Shown: positions 30,237-41,379, counted from the first letter of the stretch. The stretch is DNA of 64,000 bases from Candidatus Limnocylindrales bacterium (GCA_035559535.1 DATMBG010000040.1:62001-126000); one strand, 5' to 3'. Notes: a model not told the origin generated them from the sequence alone. Numbers and translations are program-made.

Positions 30237-33008
30237 CTAAGTAAGGTTTTTTTCCAGTTGAGTCCGGATTTCATAGAGATGAACGTTATCTGTAAGTTTC
30301 TGTCCTTTTATATCTGTAACATAAAACACGTCAATAACCTTATTGGCTTCTGTGTTGATTTTAGCCAGGTAAATATCCAAACCCAGACCGGTTAAGGTTC
30401 GAGCAATGGTATAGAGAACCCCCAGCCGATCTTCGGTAATGACTTCCAGAATGGTATGGGTACTGGAAGCTTTATTATCGAACCGAATTTCAGTAGGAAT
30501 TTGAAGTGCCTGAGGCCTTTTACTGGGATGGGGCAGGGACCCTGCTTTAAAGAGGGTTTCTGTAAGGCGTGCACCGGTGAGCACGGAAGTTAAATCCTCT
30601 TCAAATCGTCTCAGTTTACCGGGGCTGGGGGGTTCATCCGGATAGAAATCGGAGATCCATAGGGTATCCAGGGCAATGCCATCCTTTCGAGTATAAATTT
30701 CTGCTTTGAGAATGTTAATCCCATTTGCCGCCAGACAACCTGTAATATCGGCGAAAAGGCCGGGTCGGTCGGAGGTACAGACGGTCAGGGTTAGATACCC
30801 GGTTTTTGGATCTTGTGCATACCAGGTTTTGAAAATTTTTTCTCCTCGTTCATCAATCAACCGCAGATGTTCTAAGATAATCTCGGCAGAGGTTCTATAA
30901 AAATAGCTGGAGGGCATGGTGTCCAGGTGATATTGAAGCCTGGCTTCATTGTAATGACCACGGAGTTGCTCTCGAAGCGAATCCAGGATACCGGGCTTTT
31001 GGATTTCTGTTAAATCTTCTTCAAACTTTTGTCGGGTTAAATTGTAAAGTTCCTGGAGTAAAGTGGCATTCCAGCTATTCCAGATATTCGGCCCTACGGC
31101 CCTCATGTCGGCATAGGTCAGTAGATATAACATGCGGAGATTATCTGCAGAACCCAACTCCTGGGCAAATCGCGTAATAATTTCCTCATCGTAGATATCT
31201 CGACGGGTTGCCAGCTTGGACATGCTTAAATGTTTGAGAACCAGAAGCTCAACGGTCTTTATATCCTCTTCCTTAGCTCCGAGCCGGGTTAAAACATTTC
31301 TGGCAATCTGGGCACCGACCTGGGAATGATTCTCTTTGACATGCTTACCGATATCATGAAATAAAATTCCAAGCCTCAGATTAGCCGGTTTCTTTATCTG
31401 GGTGAAAATCTCGACCAGGGGTTTCAATTGAGGATCTTCGGATTCGGTGAGTTCCTCCAGATTCCGTAGAGCGATCAAAGTATGTTCATCGACGGTATAA
31501 TGATGGTAGAGGTCAAATTGAACCCGACAGGTAATATGTTTAAATTCCGGGATGAACTTTTCCAGAAATCCAGAGCTTTGCATGGCCCGAAGAATTCTAT
31601 ACAGGTCCCTACCGGATTCAAAGAGAGATAAGAAAAGCTGATTAACCCGTTTTGAAGCACAAAAGGCGTCATCAACCAAATGTAAATTAGACCTTATGAG
31701 ACGGAGGGTGTGGTCGCTGGGAATGGCACCAACTTTCTGAGCAATAACAAATACCTCCATTAATTTCTCCGGGTCTTCTTCAAAAATGTTTTTGTTCCCT
31801 TTGTCTGGAAAAATCGTACCATCGTAAACTGCAAAACCGTTATGGAGGCTTCTTGTCCTCAGTTTAGCGATCAATCGACGGGTCCTGGATTTATTTTTGC
31901 AGGCCTTACGCATAAAGATAGAGGTAATATCTGCAATCTTTCGGGATTGACGATGATATTGCTCCATAAACTCCTCAACGGCCAGAGAAGAAGAAGTATC
32001 CTTGTATCCCAGAAAACGGGCCACTTCTGTCTGTACGTCCACATATAACACATCGGCTTTTCTACCGGCCAAGAAATGGAGATGATTTCGTATCTTCCAG
32101 TAAAATTCCAGGGCATTTACAACCTCGTGACGATCTTCCTCCAACAGATATCGTTCTCCGACGAGATAATCCAGATCCGAAGTCCCAAATTTAGCCTGGG
32201 AAACCCATCGTATCTCATGGATATCCCTTAAACCCCCTGGACCCTCTTTAACATTGGGTTCCAAAACACATCGAGAATCTTCATACTTCTTTAACCGGGC
32301 TTCTCGATCCAGAAGCCTGTTTTTAAGATAAGTATCCAACAGGGAGGTTCCGATCAGGTTCATGGCCTTTCGATAGTATTCGTCATAGAGTTCCCGAGTT
32401 CCGGCCAGATAACGAGAATCAAGAATAGCCGTTATAATCGTATGATCGGTGGGCATAAGCTTGATCACCTGATCGATGGATCGGCAACTGTTTCCAATTT
32501 GAAATCCCAAATCCCAGAGCATATACAGAATCCGTTCGGTGATCGTCTCCACAAAAGGGGTCATGGTATAAGGATACAAAAACATGATATCAATATCCGA
32601 ATACGGATTTAACTCCCGTCGCCCATATCCCCCCAGTGCAATCAAAGTACACTCAGAACCCAGTCGGGTCATTTTCCGTTGATATTCTTTCACGGCCCGA
32701 TTAAACAGGTTGATCAAAACCGCATCCAGTAAACCCGTATATTCTCGAACGACCCATTCCCCCCTGACGCCTCTTTCATGATCCTGTCGGATTTTATCCT
32801 TATATTCCCTGATAAAGGATTTATACACTTCAAAATCAATTTGCCGTAATTGAACATCCTGCTCCAGTTCCTGGGTCCTGGAATTGGTTTGAAGCCAGAC
32901 CTCCTCTGCCTGATCTAGCCGCTGGGTAAGTTGGGTTTTGAGATCCGAGATCATAAAATTATCATTTATCCGCCGTCCGTTGCTCCTGGCCTGTAGGGGT
33001 GAAAACAA
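30237..33008 (-). CDS. glnD: [Protein-PII] uridylyltransferase GlnD
   Basis: ALGGYGRRELNPYSDIDI, EPNVKEGPGGLRD, YHHYTVDEH, HDIGK, two ACT domains (DRPGL, DRLGVL); true start may be ATG 32954. Confidence 0.95.
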   Translation of the reverse strand: MFSPLQARSNGRRINDNFMISDLKTQLTQRLDQAEEVWLQTNSRTQELEQDVQLRQIDFEVYKSFIREYKDKIRQDHERGVRGEWVVREYTGLLDAVLINLFNRAVKEYQRKMTRLGSECTLIALGGYGRRELNPYSDIDIMFLYPYTMTPFVETITERILYMLWDLGFQIGNSCRSIDQVIKLMPTDHTIITAILDSRYLAGTRELYDEYYRKAMNLIGTSLLDTYLKNRLLDREARLKKYEDSRCVLEPNVKEGPGGLRDIHEIRWVSQAKFGTSDLDYLVGERYLLEEDRHEVVNALEFYWKIRNHLHFLAGRKADVLYVDVQTEVARFLGYKDTSSSLAVEEFMEQYHRQSRKIADITSIFMRKACKNKSRTRRLIAKLRTRSLHNGFAVYDGTIFPDKGNKNIFEEDPEKLMEVFVIAQKVGAIPSDHTLRLIRSNLHLVDDAFCASKRVNQLFLSLFESGRDLYRILRAMQSSGFLEKFIPEFKHITCRVQFDLYHHYTVDEHTLIALRNLEELTESEDPQLKPLVEIFTQIKKPANLRLGILFHDIGKHVKENHSQVGAQIARNVLTRLGAKEEDIKTVELLVLKHLSMSKLATRRDIYDEEIITRFAQELGSADNLRMLYLLTYADMRAVGPNIWNSWNATLLQELYNLTRQKFEEDLTEIQKPGILDSLREQLRGHYNEARLQYHLDTMPSSYFYRTSAEIILEHLRLIDERGEKIFKTWYAQDPKTGYLTLTVCTSDRPGLFADITGCLAANGINILKAEIYTRKDGIALDTLWISDFYPDEPPSPGKLRRFEEDLTSVLTGARLTETLFKAGSLPHPSKRPQALQIPTEIRFDNKASSTHTILEVITEDRLGVLYTIARTLTGLGLDIYLAKINTEANKVIDVFYVTDIKGQKLTDNVHLYEIRTQLEKNLT

Positions 33009-33349
33009 ATATAGAAATGAGAGCCTTCCATCACAAACAACGGTTCACGGGCTATTTTTTAAAGTTTTTTATAACTCAACACCTGTCGATAGAACCAACA
33101 GCCGCCGACATAAATACTATTAAAGATTAATATAGATTTGACTAAAAAACAATTTCTTTTAAATTTTCTTAATTTTTTTTATAATAGAACCCGATATTTT
33201 CGATTTCAAGGAGCTTTTTCCTTTTCAGAAGAGGAGGGAGATAACTTTTGCATTTTCTGGGGCTTGGGTAATTAATAACTTCCCTTCGAAGAAGGAGGGA
33301 AAAAATATGGGATTCAGGTATCCGAATCCGTTTAGTAGGTGAAAAAAGA

Positions 33350-33433
33350 AACACCCCCTGGCCCCCCTCCAGGGGGGACTGACACAGAGTTGCTGCTGCT
33401 GAATCCCCCCTGGAGGAGGGCCAGGGGGGTGTT
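33350..33433. repeat. GC-rich inverted repeat (about 29-bp arms), MITE-like
   Basis: AACACCCCCTGGCCCCCCTCCAGGGGGGA ... TCCCCCCTGGAGGAGGGCCAGGGGGGTGTT. Confidence 0.75.
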
Positions 33434-33489
33434 CAGACAGAAAAAGTGATATCTACTAAATTGTTACAGTTACGGATTCAGTTTTTCTC

Positions 33490-33518
33490 TTGACTTCCCT
33501 TTAAGCCTACTTTATGAT
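33490..33518 (+). promoter_or_regulatory. Putative sigma70 promoter of dksA
   Basis: TTGACT-17bp-TATGAT. Confidence 0.55.
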
Positions 33519-33604
33519 GATTATATCTTTGTTATTAATAAGTTATTAATAAGGTCTCTTAACAAAGATCTTTTAAAATAAATGGAATTTTCTGAAGATT
33601 CAAG

Positions 33605-33982
33605 ATGGGAGGAAGGTGGGTCGTGTTAGATAAGGATAAATTAAAGTACTTTAGAGAACAGCTTCTTAAAGAACGGGCAAGTCTTTTACAGGAGGCCAGT
33701 AAAACTCTCAATGAAGGGGTTCTCCTTGAAAATAACCACATACCCGATTATGCAGACATTGCCTCCCTGGAGTCTGATAGATTATTCTTATTGAGGTTGA
33801 GAGATCGGGAACGGAAGCTTATAAGAAAAATTGACCAGACCCTGGAACGGATTGAAAATGGAACCTTCGGAATTTGTGAGAATTGTGGGAAACAAATCGG
33901 CGAGGAAAGGCTCAAAGCGAGACCGGTTACGACCTTATGTATTTCTTGTAAAACTAAACAAGAAAGGCAAGAAAGGGAATAA
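33605..33982 (+). CDS. dksA: RNA polymerase-binding protein DksA
   Basis: PDYADIAS, LRDRERKLI.KI, C4 zinc finger CENC...ARP...CISCK. Confidence 0.9.
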   Translation: MGGRWVVLDKDKLKYFREQLLKERASLLQEASKTLNEGVLLENNHIPDYADIASLESDRLFLLRLRDRERKLIRKIDQTLERIENGTFGICENCGKQIGEERLKARPVTTLCISCKTKQERQERE

Positions 33983-34008
33983 TTTCCGATTTTTCCAGAT
34001 CCTACTGA

Positions 34009-34557
34009 ATGAATTTACCGAATCTGCTTACGATTTTGCGTATCCTTCTTATCCCGTTCTTTATCATTGCCTTATCTTATCAATATCAGGGTTTGGCCTT
34101 AGTTGTCTTTGCCTGTGCAGGCCTGACCGATGCCCTGGATGGTTTTATTGCTCGCACTTTCCAGCAAAAAACTTTGATAGGAGCCTATCTGGATCCTATT
34201 GCCGATAAACTTCTGCTGGGAACCTCGTTCGTTACCTTAACGGTTCTTTCTTTTCCTAATAAAATCCCCTTCTGGCTTACCATTGTTATTATCAGTCGAG
34301 ACGTTATCATACTTTTGGGTATTGCCATCCTTTTTATGTTAGGTAAAAAACTGGTTATTGCGCCTTCCTTACTGGGTAAAAGCACCACCTTTTTCCAGAT
34401 TCTTATTATTGCTGTCATTCTCCTTTTTAATTATCTGGCGCGACCTATCCCTCAGCTGGTTACCTTACTGGCCTGGATAACTTTAGCAGTTACCGTCGTT
34501 TCAGGCCTGGACTATCTTTATAAGGGGATCAAGCTCCTCAACGAGGTTGGAATGTAG
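34009..34557 (+). CDS. CDP-alcohol phosphatidyltransferase (PgsA-like)
   Basis: MNLPNLLTILR, TDALDGFIAR, GAYLDPIADK. Confidence 0.9.
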   Translation: MNLPNLLTILRILLIPFFIIALSYQYQGLALVVFACAGLTDALDGFIARTFQQKTLIGAYLDPIADKLLLGTSFVTLTVLSFPNKIPFWLTIVIISRDVIILLGIAILFMLGKKLVIAPSLLGKSTTFFQILIIAVILLFNYLARPIPQLVTLLAWITLAVTVVSGLDYLYKGIKLLNEVGM

Positions 34558-34568
34558 GAAGAATTTTG

Positions 34569-34632
34569 GTAGGTCAATCGTCCCGATTGAAAGGAATGGA
34601 GAGAAAGGGTAGGTCAAACGTCCTCGTTTGAC
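34569..34632 (+). repeat. Two tandem GTAG-REP hairpins (family with at least 7 copies in window)
   Basis: GTAGGTCAATCGTCCCGATTGA (34569) and GTAGGTCAAACGTCCTCGTTTGAC (34609); related reverse copies at 11944, 18173, 19001, 55179, 62488. Confidence 0.8.
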
Positions 34633-34721
34633 ATAAGGTAGGAGAATAGGGAAGGGAAAAACAGCTTCCCTTTCCCCTATTTTTCCACTTTTTCCACTCT
34701 TCGACTCTCCTGCTTTCGACA

Positions 34722-37700
34722 TTGGATTACCTTTTCATCGGTCTCTGGATTCTGCTGGGTACTATCCTTATCGCTATCATCGGACACCCTTTATGGTTAT
34801 TGTATGCAGCACTCCTTCGAAAAATTTTCAGGATAGGTAAAAAACCCTTGATCCAGGTATCTCCTGAAGAGAGAGGCCCGGCTGAAAGGGAATGGCAAAC
34901 CCGATTTTACTCCCACCTGTTCTCCGGAGAAGGATTGAAATACGTGGCCTACTTTGGGAGCATCGTCTTTGCCCTGGCTTTCATTCTTCTCCTCAAGGAC
35001 TTCATTGCCCGGCTTCTGACCATTCGGTATGTTCAATTCGGAGGCCTGATTTTGTTTACTGTATTAACTTACGGAAGCGGGTGGAAGCTCTTTATCCGGA
35101 CCCACCATCGAATACTGGCCAATGTACTCCTTTTGATTGGGGCCATTCTCTTTCCCGTAAACTTTTGGTACTACCAGGTATATATTCTCGAAATTGAAAG
35201 CCGGGATCACCATCTGGTGGGTTTTCTCTGTACTATTTTATATTTTCTGACCGCCGTTCGACTTTCCCATGTAATTTTTTCCTATCTGGTTCCGTTGGGG
35301 TTTTATGTTTCCTTACTCCTTCTCCTCTATCGGCTCAATGAAGGACTGGAGTGGTTTACTCTTGTTTCGGCCTTTATGGCAGTGCTCTACGCCTACCTGG
35401 CAGAGTATCTACAAAATCAGAATAAACCTTTTTTCAAATACCCTTTGATCATGACCTCCCTAATAGGTCTTCTCTTTTCTGCAATCAGCTTTCCGTTTCT
35501 TAAATCCATGGAAAACACTTACTTACCTGTCTACCTGTTTATTTGTGGGATTTTGGTCCTCTATAAAGTGACCCAGATTCAACTGGATTTCCGCTATTTA
35601 TTCCTGGGTATTCCCTTCGTAGGGATGATTTATACTAAATATCTTACCCAGTTTGATTTAGCCTCCTATTGGACAGGTATCTTCTTCTCGACCCTCTCCC
35701 TGACAATGGCTGTGATTTTCTGGCTGCTGAATTATAAAGCCTTCGCAAACACTGGACTCTCAGTTCACAGGGATTTACCTACCCTCGGGTTCTCCGATTC
35801 CCAAACTTCTTTAAACCGTAAGAATTTAAAAGCCTTGCCTCTCCTCTTTCTGGCCGTAACGCTTATGGTCTTTTCCTTTCCCATGGATTTTGCTTCCTAT
35901 GTCTATCTGGTCTATCAGTTAACCTCTCTGTATGAATTAAGTCGGCAGTATTTGAATATGAATTTTTCCTTTGATCTTCTGGGAGAAATGTGGAAAGGAC
36001 TTCAGATATCCATTTATTACCTGGGCCATTTCTCCTTTATGAGTATAATTATTCTATTATCCATGTTATTTACAGCCATAAGTGCCGGAATACTGGGCAG
36101 AATGATTCTGTCCAGGTTTCTTGGATTTTATAGTATCCTGGCTTTTTTAGGCTTTTTTACGGTGACTTTAATTAGATTCTGGCATCCCCTCTTATATCTG
36201 GAGTATTATTTTTTGTTTTACTTAGGCCTTGCTATTCTATCGCTATTCCTTCTCCTAGGTTTATCCCAAAAATCGGGAGAAATGTCCCAAATTTTTACCC
36301 CTCCCCTTTATACCCTGACGATTGTCTCTCTCCTGATTTCTTATATACTGGCCGGACGTTATTTCAATTTCTCCCTGGACCGAAACTTCGATTATTATCT
36401 CTGCACCCTCTCTCTGTTTGGGATTATAATGCTTGCTCTAACCCATTCAAAGGGTTGTGGGGAGTTTTCTCGGGCCAGATTATTCGGAGCTTTAGCTACA
36501 ATCATTCCTGTCTGTTTGAGTTCTTTTGTAGATTGGACTTCTTATACCTTTTTTATTTTTGCTACCATTACCCTGGCACTCATTTATTTGGTCTATGGCT
36601 GGATCCGACAGGACATGGTTTTTGCCTCGATAGGTATTCTATTTTTACTCATTCAGGTGATTTATATTTTAGCCACGGTCCAGCCGGGCCAGGTTTTGAT
36701 AAAATTGATCCTGTTAACCCTGGGAATGATTCTGATTGGTCTGGGCATTTACCTGAAAAAATGGAGTTCCCGGATCCATCTTTTGCCCTTTGTTTTTTGC
36801 TTTTTGTGTTACTCCTCAGCATGGGGAGCCAACCCGACAGACACCAAATCTAAACTCGACAGGTTGGTAAAAATGTCCCTCATCAATCCCGAGGATGAAT
36901 TACTCAAAGTTCGGATTCGAAGATATGCTACCGAAAACCAACTTCCTGTTCCCGATCTTCCCATTTCTGAGGCGAGGAATCAATTCCACAGAACCTTCCT
37001 GAAGGACAATCTGGCCGTGGTAACAGCAGCCAGGGCCATTGAAGGAACACTCCAACTGAATGCCTTACGACAACGTATTTATCAGCGGGAACCTCAAGAT
37101 ATAGAAGTTACAACCCTTCAACCTGTCCTGATAAGGTCCTACGATTATCAAACCCTCTTGGAAAAAAAGGGCCTTTACCGTCCTATACCCCCCATCGCCC
37201 GAATAGTACCCGAAGATAAAATTTATCTGGGCTTTAAAAACCTCAGGGCCCTCTACCAGTTTATTAACCTGTGGGACACCTTTGTGGTCCCGGCTCTCAA
37301 TTACTTAATGACTTCTGTACCTCTTGAACCGATGAAAGAGCTTCTGGAATCCCAACTGGGAATATCGGAAAAAATGGTAACCACCCCGGAATGGAATGAT
37401 GTTGAAGAAATAGCCCTTCTGTTTGGTGATCCTTATTTACAGGAAGGAACCGATATAAGTCTGATTGTTCGATTTAGTCGAGAAGATTCTCTAAAGGCTG
37501 CTCAGAAACTTCTGTTAGAAGAAAAACAAGAACCCCTTCCGACATTGCCGGAAAGGTCTTTTACCGAGAATCTCCTTATCGGAACGTCTCCTCTAACCCT
37601 TTCCCATGGGGATCTTGAGAAGAAGCCCATCATTACATCCATGAACTCGTATCTGATTATTTCTAACGATGCCCAGGTCGTCGACCGGATCCAGAACGGA

Positions 37701-39242
37701 CAAGATAAAAAACTGGCAGAGAGTTTGGATTTTCTCTACGTTTACAACTTAAACTTACCGGGTAAAGATGGATTTTTCTTTCTGGGTGAAGGATTTATCC
37801 GAAAACTGACGAGTCCGGCTTTTAAAATCAAAGACCTTCGACGGCACATCTGTCATCTTACCCTGGAAGATCTTCAAACTGCTTCCCTTGTTTTTTCCAT
37901 TGAAAAAAACTACTCGGAGCCTGTGACCATCTCAAAGCTTATGGCAGGAGGGTATTTACCCTATCTTCCCCTTTGTCCGGATCAAGGGGAGTATCAACCG
38001 ACTGATACTGGATATGGCTTTGCCTGTTCCATTCACGGTCGCCTGAACTCTTTAACTCATTTAGAATCCCTCTCCATCCATAGAATCACACAGACCGAGC
38101 GTACAGAGTATGAGCAGTTCAAGGCCCAATATGAGAGTTACTTCAGTCGATTTATAGATCCTGTTGGGGTCGGAATCAGTCTGGAAGACCACTCCCTTCA
38201 ATTGAGTACGGTAGTACTTCCCCTGATCAATGATCCTCTCTACACCCATATCCTTCGTTATAGGGATCGGAGAGTATCGACCTCTTTGAAAGACGCCGTG
38301 GGAGGACCCTCAAAATTTTTTGTTTTTAACACCATTACCCCGGATTATGGTATAACTACGGCTATTCGAAGTTCCATGTTGAAAAATATTTTGGACAATG
38401 GCTTATGGTTGTCGAATTACGCTTATTTTCACCGTATCTTGAGGACCTATCTGGATGAGAGTATTTTTGGTAATGAGCTGGTGGTGGGAGTTTTTGACTT
38501 TAAGTTCCCCGGAAAGATTCCTAGGGATCTTAAAGAACTCGCCCGGGCTCAAATAGAAATTCCCCTATTTCTTATCCAGAATTTAGAACGGGAAGGAAAG
38601 GCCTGGGAATATTTGCAAACGCTTTTTCACCTGGCATCCACCGAGAGTTATAAAGGGATTGAAATCAAAAAAGTTAAGATCACAGACTATTTGAATATCT
38701 ACGGCGCGATAGTCAGAAAATTATTCGTATTATCAACCTCCTCTGAAGCCATCAAACGGATCATAGATTTTCCTCAGATCTCCCAACAGAAGGATCATCT
38801 TCCGGAGGCATCGATGCCAGAGGTTGACCTCCAGACAGAAATTAATTTTGATAAAATTCCGCAGTTGCAGGGATATTTGCTTCAACTGGTTAGGAACCAG
38901 ATGAAGTGGTCCTGCAAGAAAAATCTGGTTACTCTCCAAAATCTGTTGGAATTATCTGGAGGCCCGAAATTAGGGTTGGATGATTCCGAAGTAATTCAAG
39001 ACTTACTCAAATTTGGAAATGTAAAGCACCCGCCGTTTTGTCCGGAAGGAGGTCGATACTACGTTGAAAACAACCAGGTCTATTGTTCTATTCATAATTC
39101 CCTGGAAAACTACGTAGAACCCGAGGAAATAACCGAGAAGTTTTTTCTCCTGCCTCTTTTTGCAAAGCTTGAGAAACTTTTAGCCCAGCTTCATTTTATG
39201 GAGGATGGAATCCTTTCACGGGTTGAGCTTTTTTTCAAATAA
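34722..39242 (+). CDS. Large hypothetical protein: polytopic membrane N-half fused to soluble C-half with two Cys/His modules
   Basis: 1506-aa ORF; about 700 aa of consecutive TM helices, then soluble region with CPDQGEY..CSIHG and CPEGGRY..CSIHN. Confidence 0.8.
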   Translation: MDYLFIGLWILLGTILIAIIGHPLWLLYAALLRKIFRIGKKPLIQVSPEERGPAEREWQTRFYSHLFSGEGLKYVAYFGSIVFALAFILLLKDFIARLLTIRYVQFGGLILFTVLTYGSGWKLFIRTHHRILANVLLLIGAILFPVNFWYYQVYILEIESRDHHLVGFLCTILYFLTAVRLSHVIFSYLVPLGFYVSLLLLLYRLNEGLEWFTLVSAFMAVLYAYLAEYLQNQNKPFFKYPLIMTSLIGLLFSAISFPFLKSMENTYLPVYLFICGILVLYKVTQIQLDFRYLFLGIPFVGMIYTKYLTQFDLASYWTGIFFSTLSLTMAVIFWLLNYKAFANTGLSVHRDLPTLGFSDSQTSLNRKNLKALPLLFLAVTLMVFSFPMDFASYVYLVYQLTSLYELSRQYLNMNFSFDLLGEMWKGLQISIYYLGHFSFMSIIILLSMLFTAISAGILGRMILSRFLGFYSILAFLGFFTVTLIRFWHPLLYLEYYFLFYLGLAILSLFLLLGLSQKSGEMSQIFTPPLYTLTIVSLLISYILAGRYFNFSLDRNFDYYLCTLSLFGIIMLALTHSKGCGEFSRARLFGALATIIPVCLSSFVDWTSYTFFIFATITLALIYLVYGWIRQDMVFASIGILFLLIQVIYILATVQPGQVLIKLILLTLGMILIGLGIYLKKWSSRIHLLPFVFCFLCYSSAWGANPTDTKSKLDRLVKMSLINPEDELLKVRIRRYATENQLPVPDLPISEARNQFHRTFLKDNLAVVTAARAIEGTLQLNALRQRIYQREPQDIEVTTLQPVLIRSYDYQTLLEKKGLYRPIPPIARIVPEDKIYLGFKNLRALYQFINLWDTFVVPALNYLMTSVPLEPMKELLESQLGISEKMVTTPEWNDVEEIALLFGDPYLQEGTDISLIVRFSREDSLKAAQKLLLEEKQEPLPTLPERSFTENLLIGTSPLTLSHGDLEKKPIITSMNSYLIISNDAQVVDRIQNGQDKKLAESLDFLYVYNLNLPGKDGFFFLGEGFIRKLTSPAFKIKDLRRHICHLTLEDLQTASLVFSIEKNYSEPVTISKLMAGGYLPYLPLCPDQGEYQPTDTGYGFACSIHGRLNSLTHLESLSIHRITQTERTEYEQFKAQYESYFSRFIDPVGVGISLEDHSLQLSTVVLPLINDPLYTHILRYRDRRVSTSLKDAVGGPSKFFVFNTITPDYGITTAIRSSMLKNILDNGLWLSNYAYFHRILRTYLDESIFGNELVVGVFDFKFPGKIPRDLKELARAQIEIPLFLIQNLEREGKAWEYLQTLFHLASTESYKGIEIKKVKITDYLNIYGAIVRKLFVLSTSSEAIKRIIDFPQISQQKDHLPEASMPEVDLQTEINFDKIPQLQGYLLQLVRNQMKWSCKKNLVTLQNLLELSGGPKLGLDDSEVIQDLLKFGNVKHPPFCPEGGRYYVENNQVYCSIHNSLENYVEPEEITEKFFLLPLFAKLEKLLAQLHFMEDGILSRVELFFK

Positions 39243-39404
39243 AGCCATTGACAGCTTTTTCTTCAGGCTGTTTTATATTTTTAAAGTAGGGATAAGACAT
39301 TTGCCGGGCAGACTCAAAAAGTCGACACCTGAACGACCGGTGAGGGTCTTATATCAAATCAGAATTGGTATTACACCCTAAAGTAGGGATCCCGCAAAGT
39401 AGGT

Positions 39405-40133
39405 ATGAAGGACACCTTGCTAGCCGAAAGAAGACCTTTTATGAAAAAAAAGATATGGATGCTGAGTCTGTTAATATTCCTGGGAATTGCTTTGGGTATT
39501 GGTCTTTTTATTGGAATTCCCCTTTTTCTGGTAACCGGAAATGAAACCATTGAAAAAGACTTAGAACTTCCGACGGCGCCGGAAAATACTTCCCATCCCC
39601 AGGGCTCTCCATCCCCGGAAAAAGAGGATTCTCAGTTGACCAAGAAGATTTCCTCATACATGCGACAGATGGCCATACAAAAATTTGAACGAAACCTGCA
39701 ATCCGAGGATTTTGCCTTACCCAGCCTCTCTGGGGATGAAGTTCGATTAAGTGATTTTCGTGGAAAATGGATTCTTTTAAACTTTTGGGCAACCTGGTGC
39801 GGGCCTTGTCGGGAAGAAATGCCCTCCATGGAAAAACTTTACCAGGAGTTTAAAGATCAAAATTTTGTCATCCTGGCTATTTCCATTGATCAAGAGGAAA
39901 TGGGAGTGGTAGCGCATTTTGCAGATGCCTTTCATTTGAGTTTCCCGATTCTATTAGATCCAAAACAAGCAACCACCTCCACCTATGCGGTGAATTCTAT
40001 TCCCACCACTTATGTAGTGGATCCCAATGGGATGATTATCGGAGGAGCCCGAGGTTCTCGTAATTGGGAAAGTGAAGCCGCACGCAATCTGATCAAAGTT
40101 TTGCTGGAGACTTCACAGAAATCTCGGAGTTAG
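39405..40133 (+). CDS. TlpA/ResA family thiol-disulfide reductase
   Basis: TM anchor, NFWATWCGPCREEMP, SIPT. Confidence 0.9.
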   Translation: MKDTLLAERRPFMKKKIWMLSLLIFLGIALGIGLFIGIPLFLVTGNETIEKDLELPTAPENTSHPQGSPSPEKEDSQLTKKISSYMRQMAIQKFERNLQSEDFALPSLSGDEVRLSDFRGKWILLNFWATWCGPCREEMPSMEKLYQEFKDQNFVILAISIDQEEMGVVAHFADAFHLSFPILLDPKQATTSTYAVNSIPTTYVVDPNGMIIGGARGSRNWESEAARNLIKVLLETSQKSRS

Positions 40134-40301
40134 AATAACATCCATTGATAGTGTATAACGTAAAACTGTTAGTACGAGGAACGGGAGCGAGGTCAAAGGT
40201 TATAAAGATGAATCCTAGAGAGGATAATCTCTTTGACTTACAAACTCCTCGTAATTTCGCTTCTCGTAATAACAGGAGGCCCTTCTAAGGGAAGTAAGCC
40301 T

Positions 40302-41273
40302 ATGTCTAAACTACCTCTTACGCTTGCATGTTGGGATTACGACCGGGTTAAACCCTTGATGCTCAAGCAAGTAGAACCTGAAGGAATTGCTTTAAATCTC
40401 TTGCCTTATGCACCCGACGATTCGGTCTGGAGAATGGTTCGAGGACAGGAATACGATGCTTCAGAGATGACCATGGGAACCTATGTCCTTTTAAGATCTT
40501 TAGGACAGGCTCCTTACATTGCTATTCCGGTATTTCTGGCCCGATTCTTCCCCCATTCCGGTATTTTCGTCAATACCAAAGCCAATATTCATGAACCTGC
40601 AGATCTGCGAGGCAAAAAGGTAGGAGCTCCTCAATATCAAATGACCACAGCGGTCTGGACTAAGGGAATCCTTCAGCATGATTATGGGGTCATGCCGGAA
40701 ACCATAAACTGGTACTTGGGACGGGCCGAAGTTGGACTCGATCTTCCACCCAATATAAAGTGGCAACTGATTCCCCAGGGAACCGGCAAGATGCTGGCGG
40801 ATTTACTCATTGAAGGAGAATTAGATGCGTTATTCATGCCTCGGGTTCCACCGAAATTCAAAAATGGCCCTCCTCATATCAAACAACTCTTTGCCAATCC
40901 CAGACAACTTGAAATCGAGTACTACAAGCGTACAGGTATCTTCCCCATTATGCACTGTGTGGTCATTAAGGAATCTCTTTATCGAGAAAACCCCTGGATT
41001 GCTTTCAGTTTGTATCGGGCTTTCTGTAAAGCTCGGGATATCTGCTATGAAGATCTGGATCAGACGCTGGAAGGACTGAAATATATGGTTCCCTGGTTAG
41101 ATATGCATATGAACGATGTCCGTCAAATTTTGGGAAAAGATTTCTGGCCCTACGGGATCAAAGCCAATCGGAAAGTGTTGGAGACCTTCATAGAATATAT
41201 GTTAGAACAGCACCTGATCAAGAAGAAACTTTCGGTGGAAGAGTTGTTCTGTGAGACTACCCTGGATACCTGA
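40302..41273 (+). CDS. 4,5-dihydroxyphthalate decarboxylase-like / substrate-binding-fold protein
   Basis: LTLACWDYDR, YDASEM, AIPVF..RFF.HS, YQMTTAVW.KG, FPIMHCVVI, WPYG; likely start ATG 40302. Confidence 0.75.
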   Translation: MSKLPLTLACWDYDRVKPLMLKQVEPEGIALNLLPYAPDDSVWRMVRGQEYDASEMTMGTYVLLRSLGQAPYIAIPVFLARFFPHSGIFVNTKANIHEPADLRGKKVGAPQYQMTTAVWTKGILQHDYGVMPETINWYLGRAEVGLDLPPNIKWQLIPQGTGKMLADLLIEGELDALFMPRVPPKFKNGPPHIKQLFANPRQLEIEYYKRTGIFPIMHCVVIKESLYRENPWIAFSLYRAFCKARDICYEDLDQTLEGLKYMVPWLDMHMNDVRQILGKDFWPYGIKANRKVLETFIEYMLEQHLIKKKLSVEELFCETTLDT

Positions 41274-41379
41274 TTTTAAGGAAGTCATGACACACATATA
41301 TACCGGCATAAAGAGTGAAAGCTCCGGTGGGGCAATAGGGTCGTAGCCTTCGATTCCTACCGAAGATGAGGGAAGAGAG

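Noticed and set aside
39290-39400. Possible c-di-GMP riboswitch or other leader RNA before tlpA
   Set aside because: Only loose resemblance; conserved GAAA tetraloop and GCAAAG elements are not properly placed
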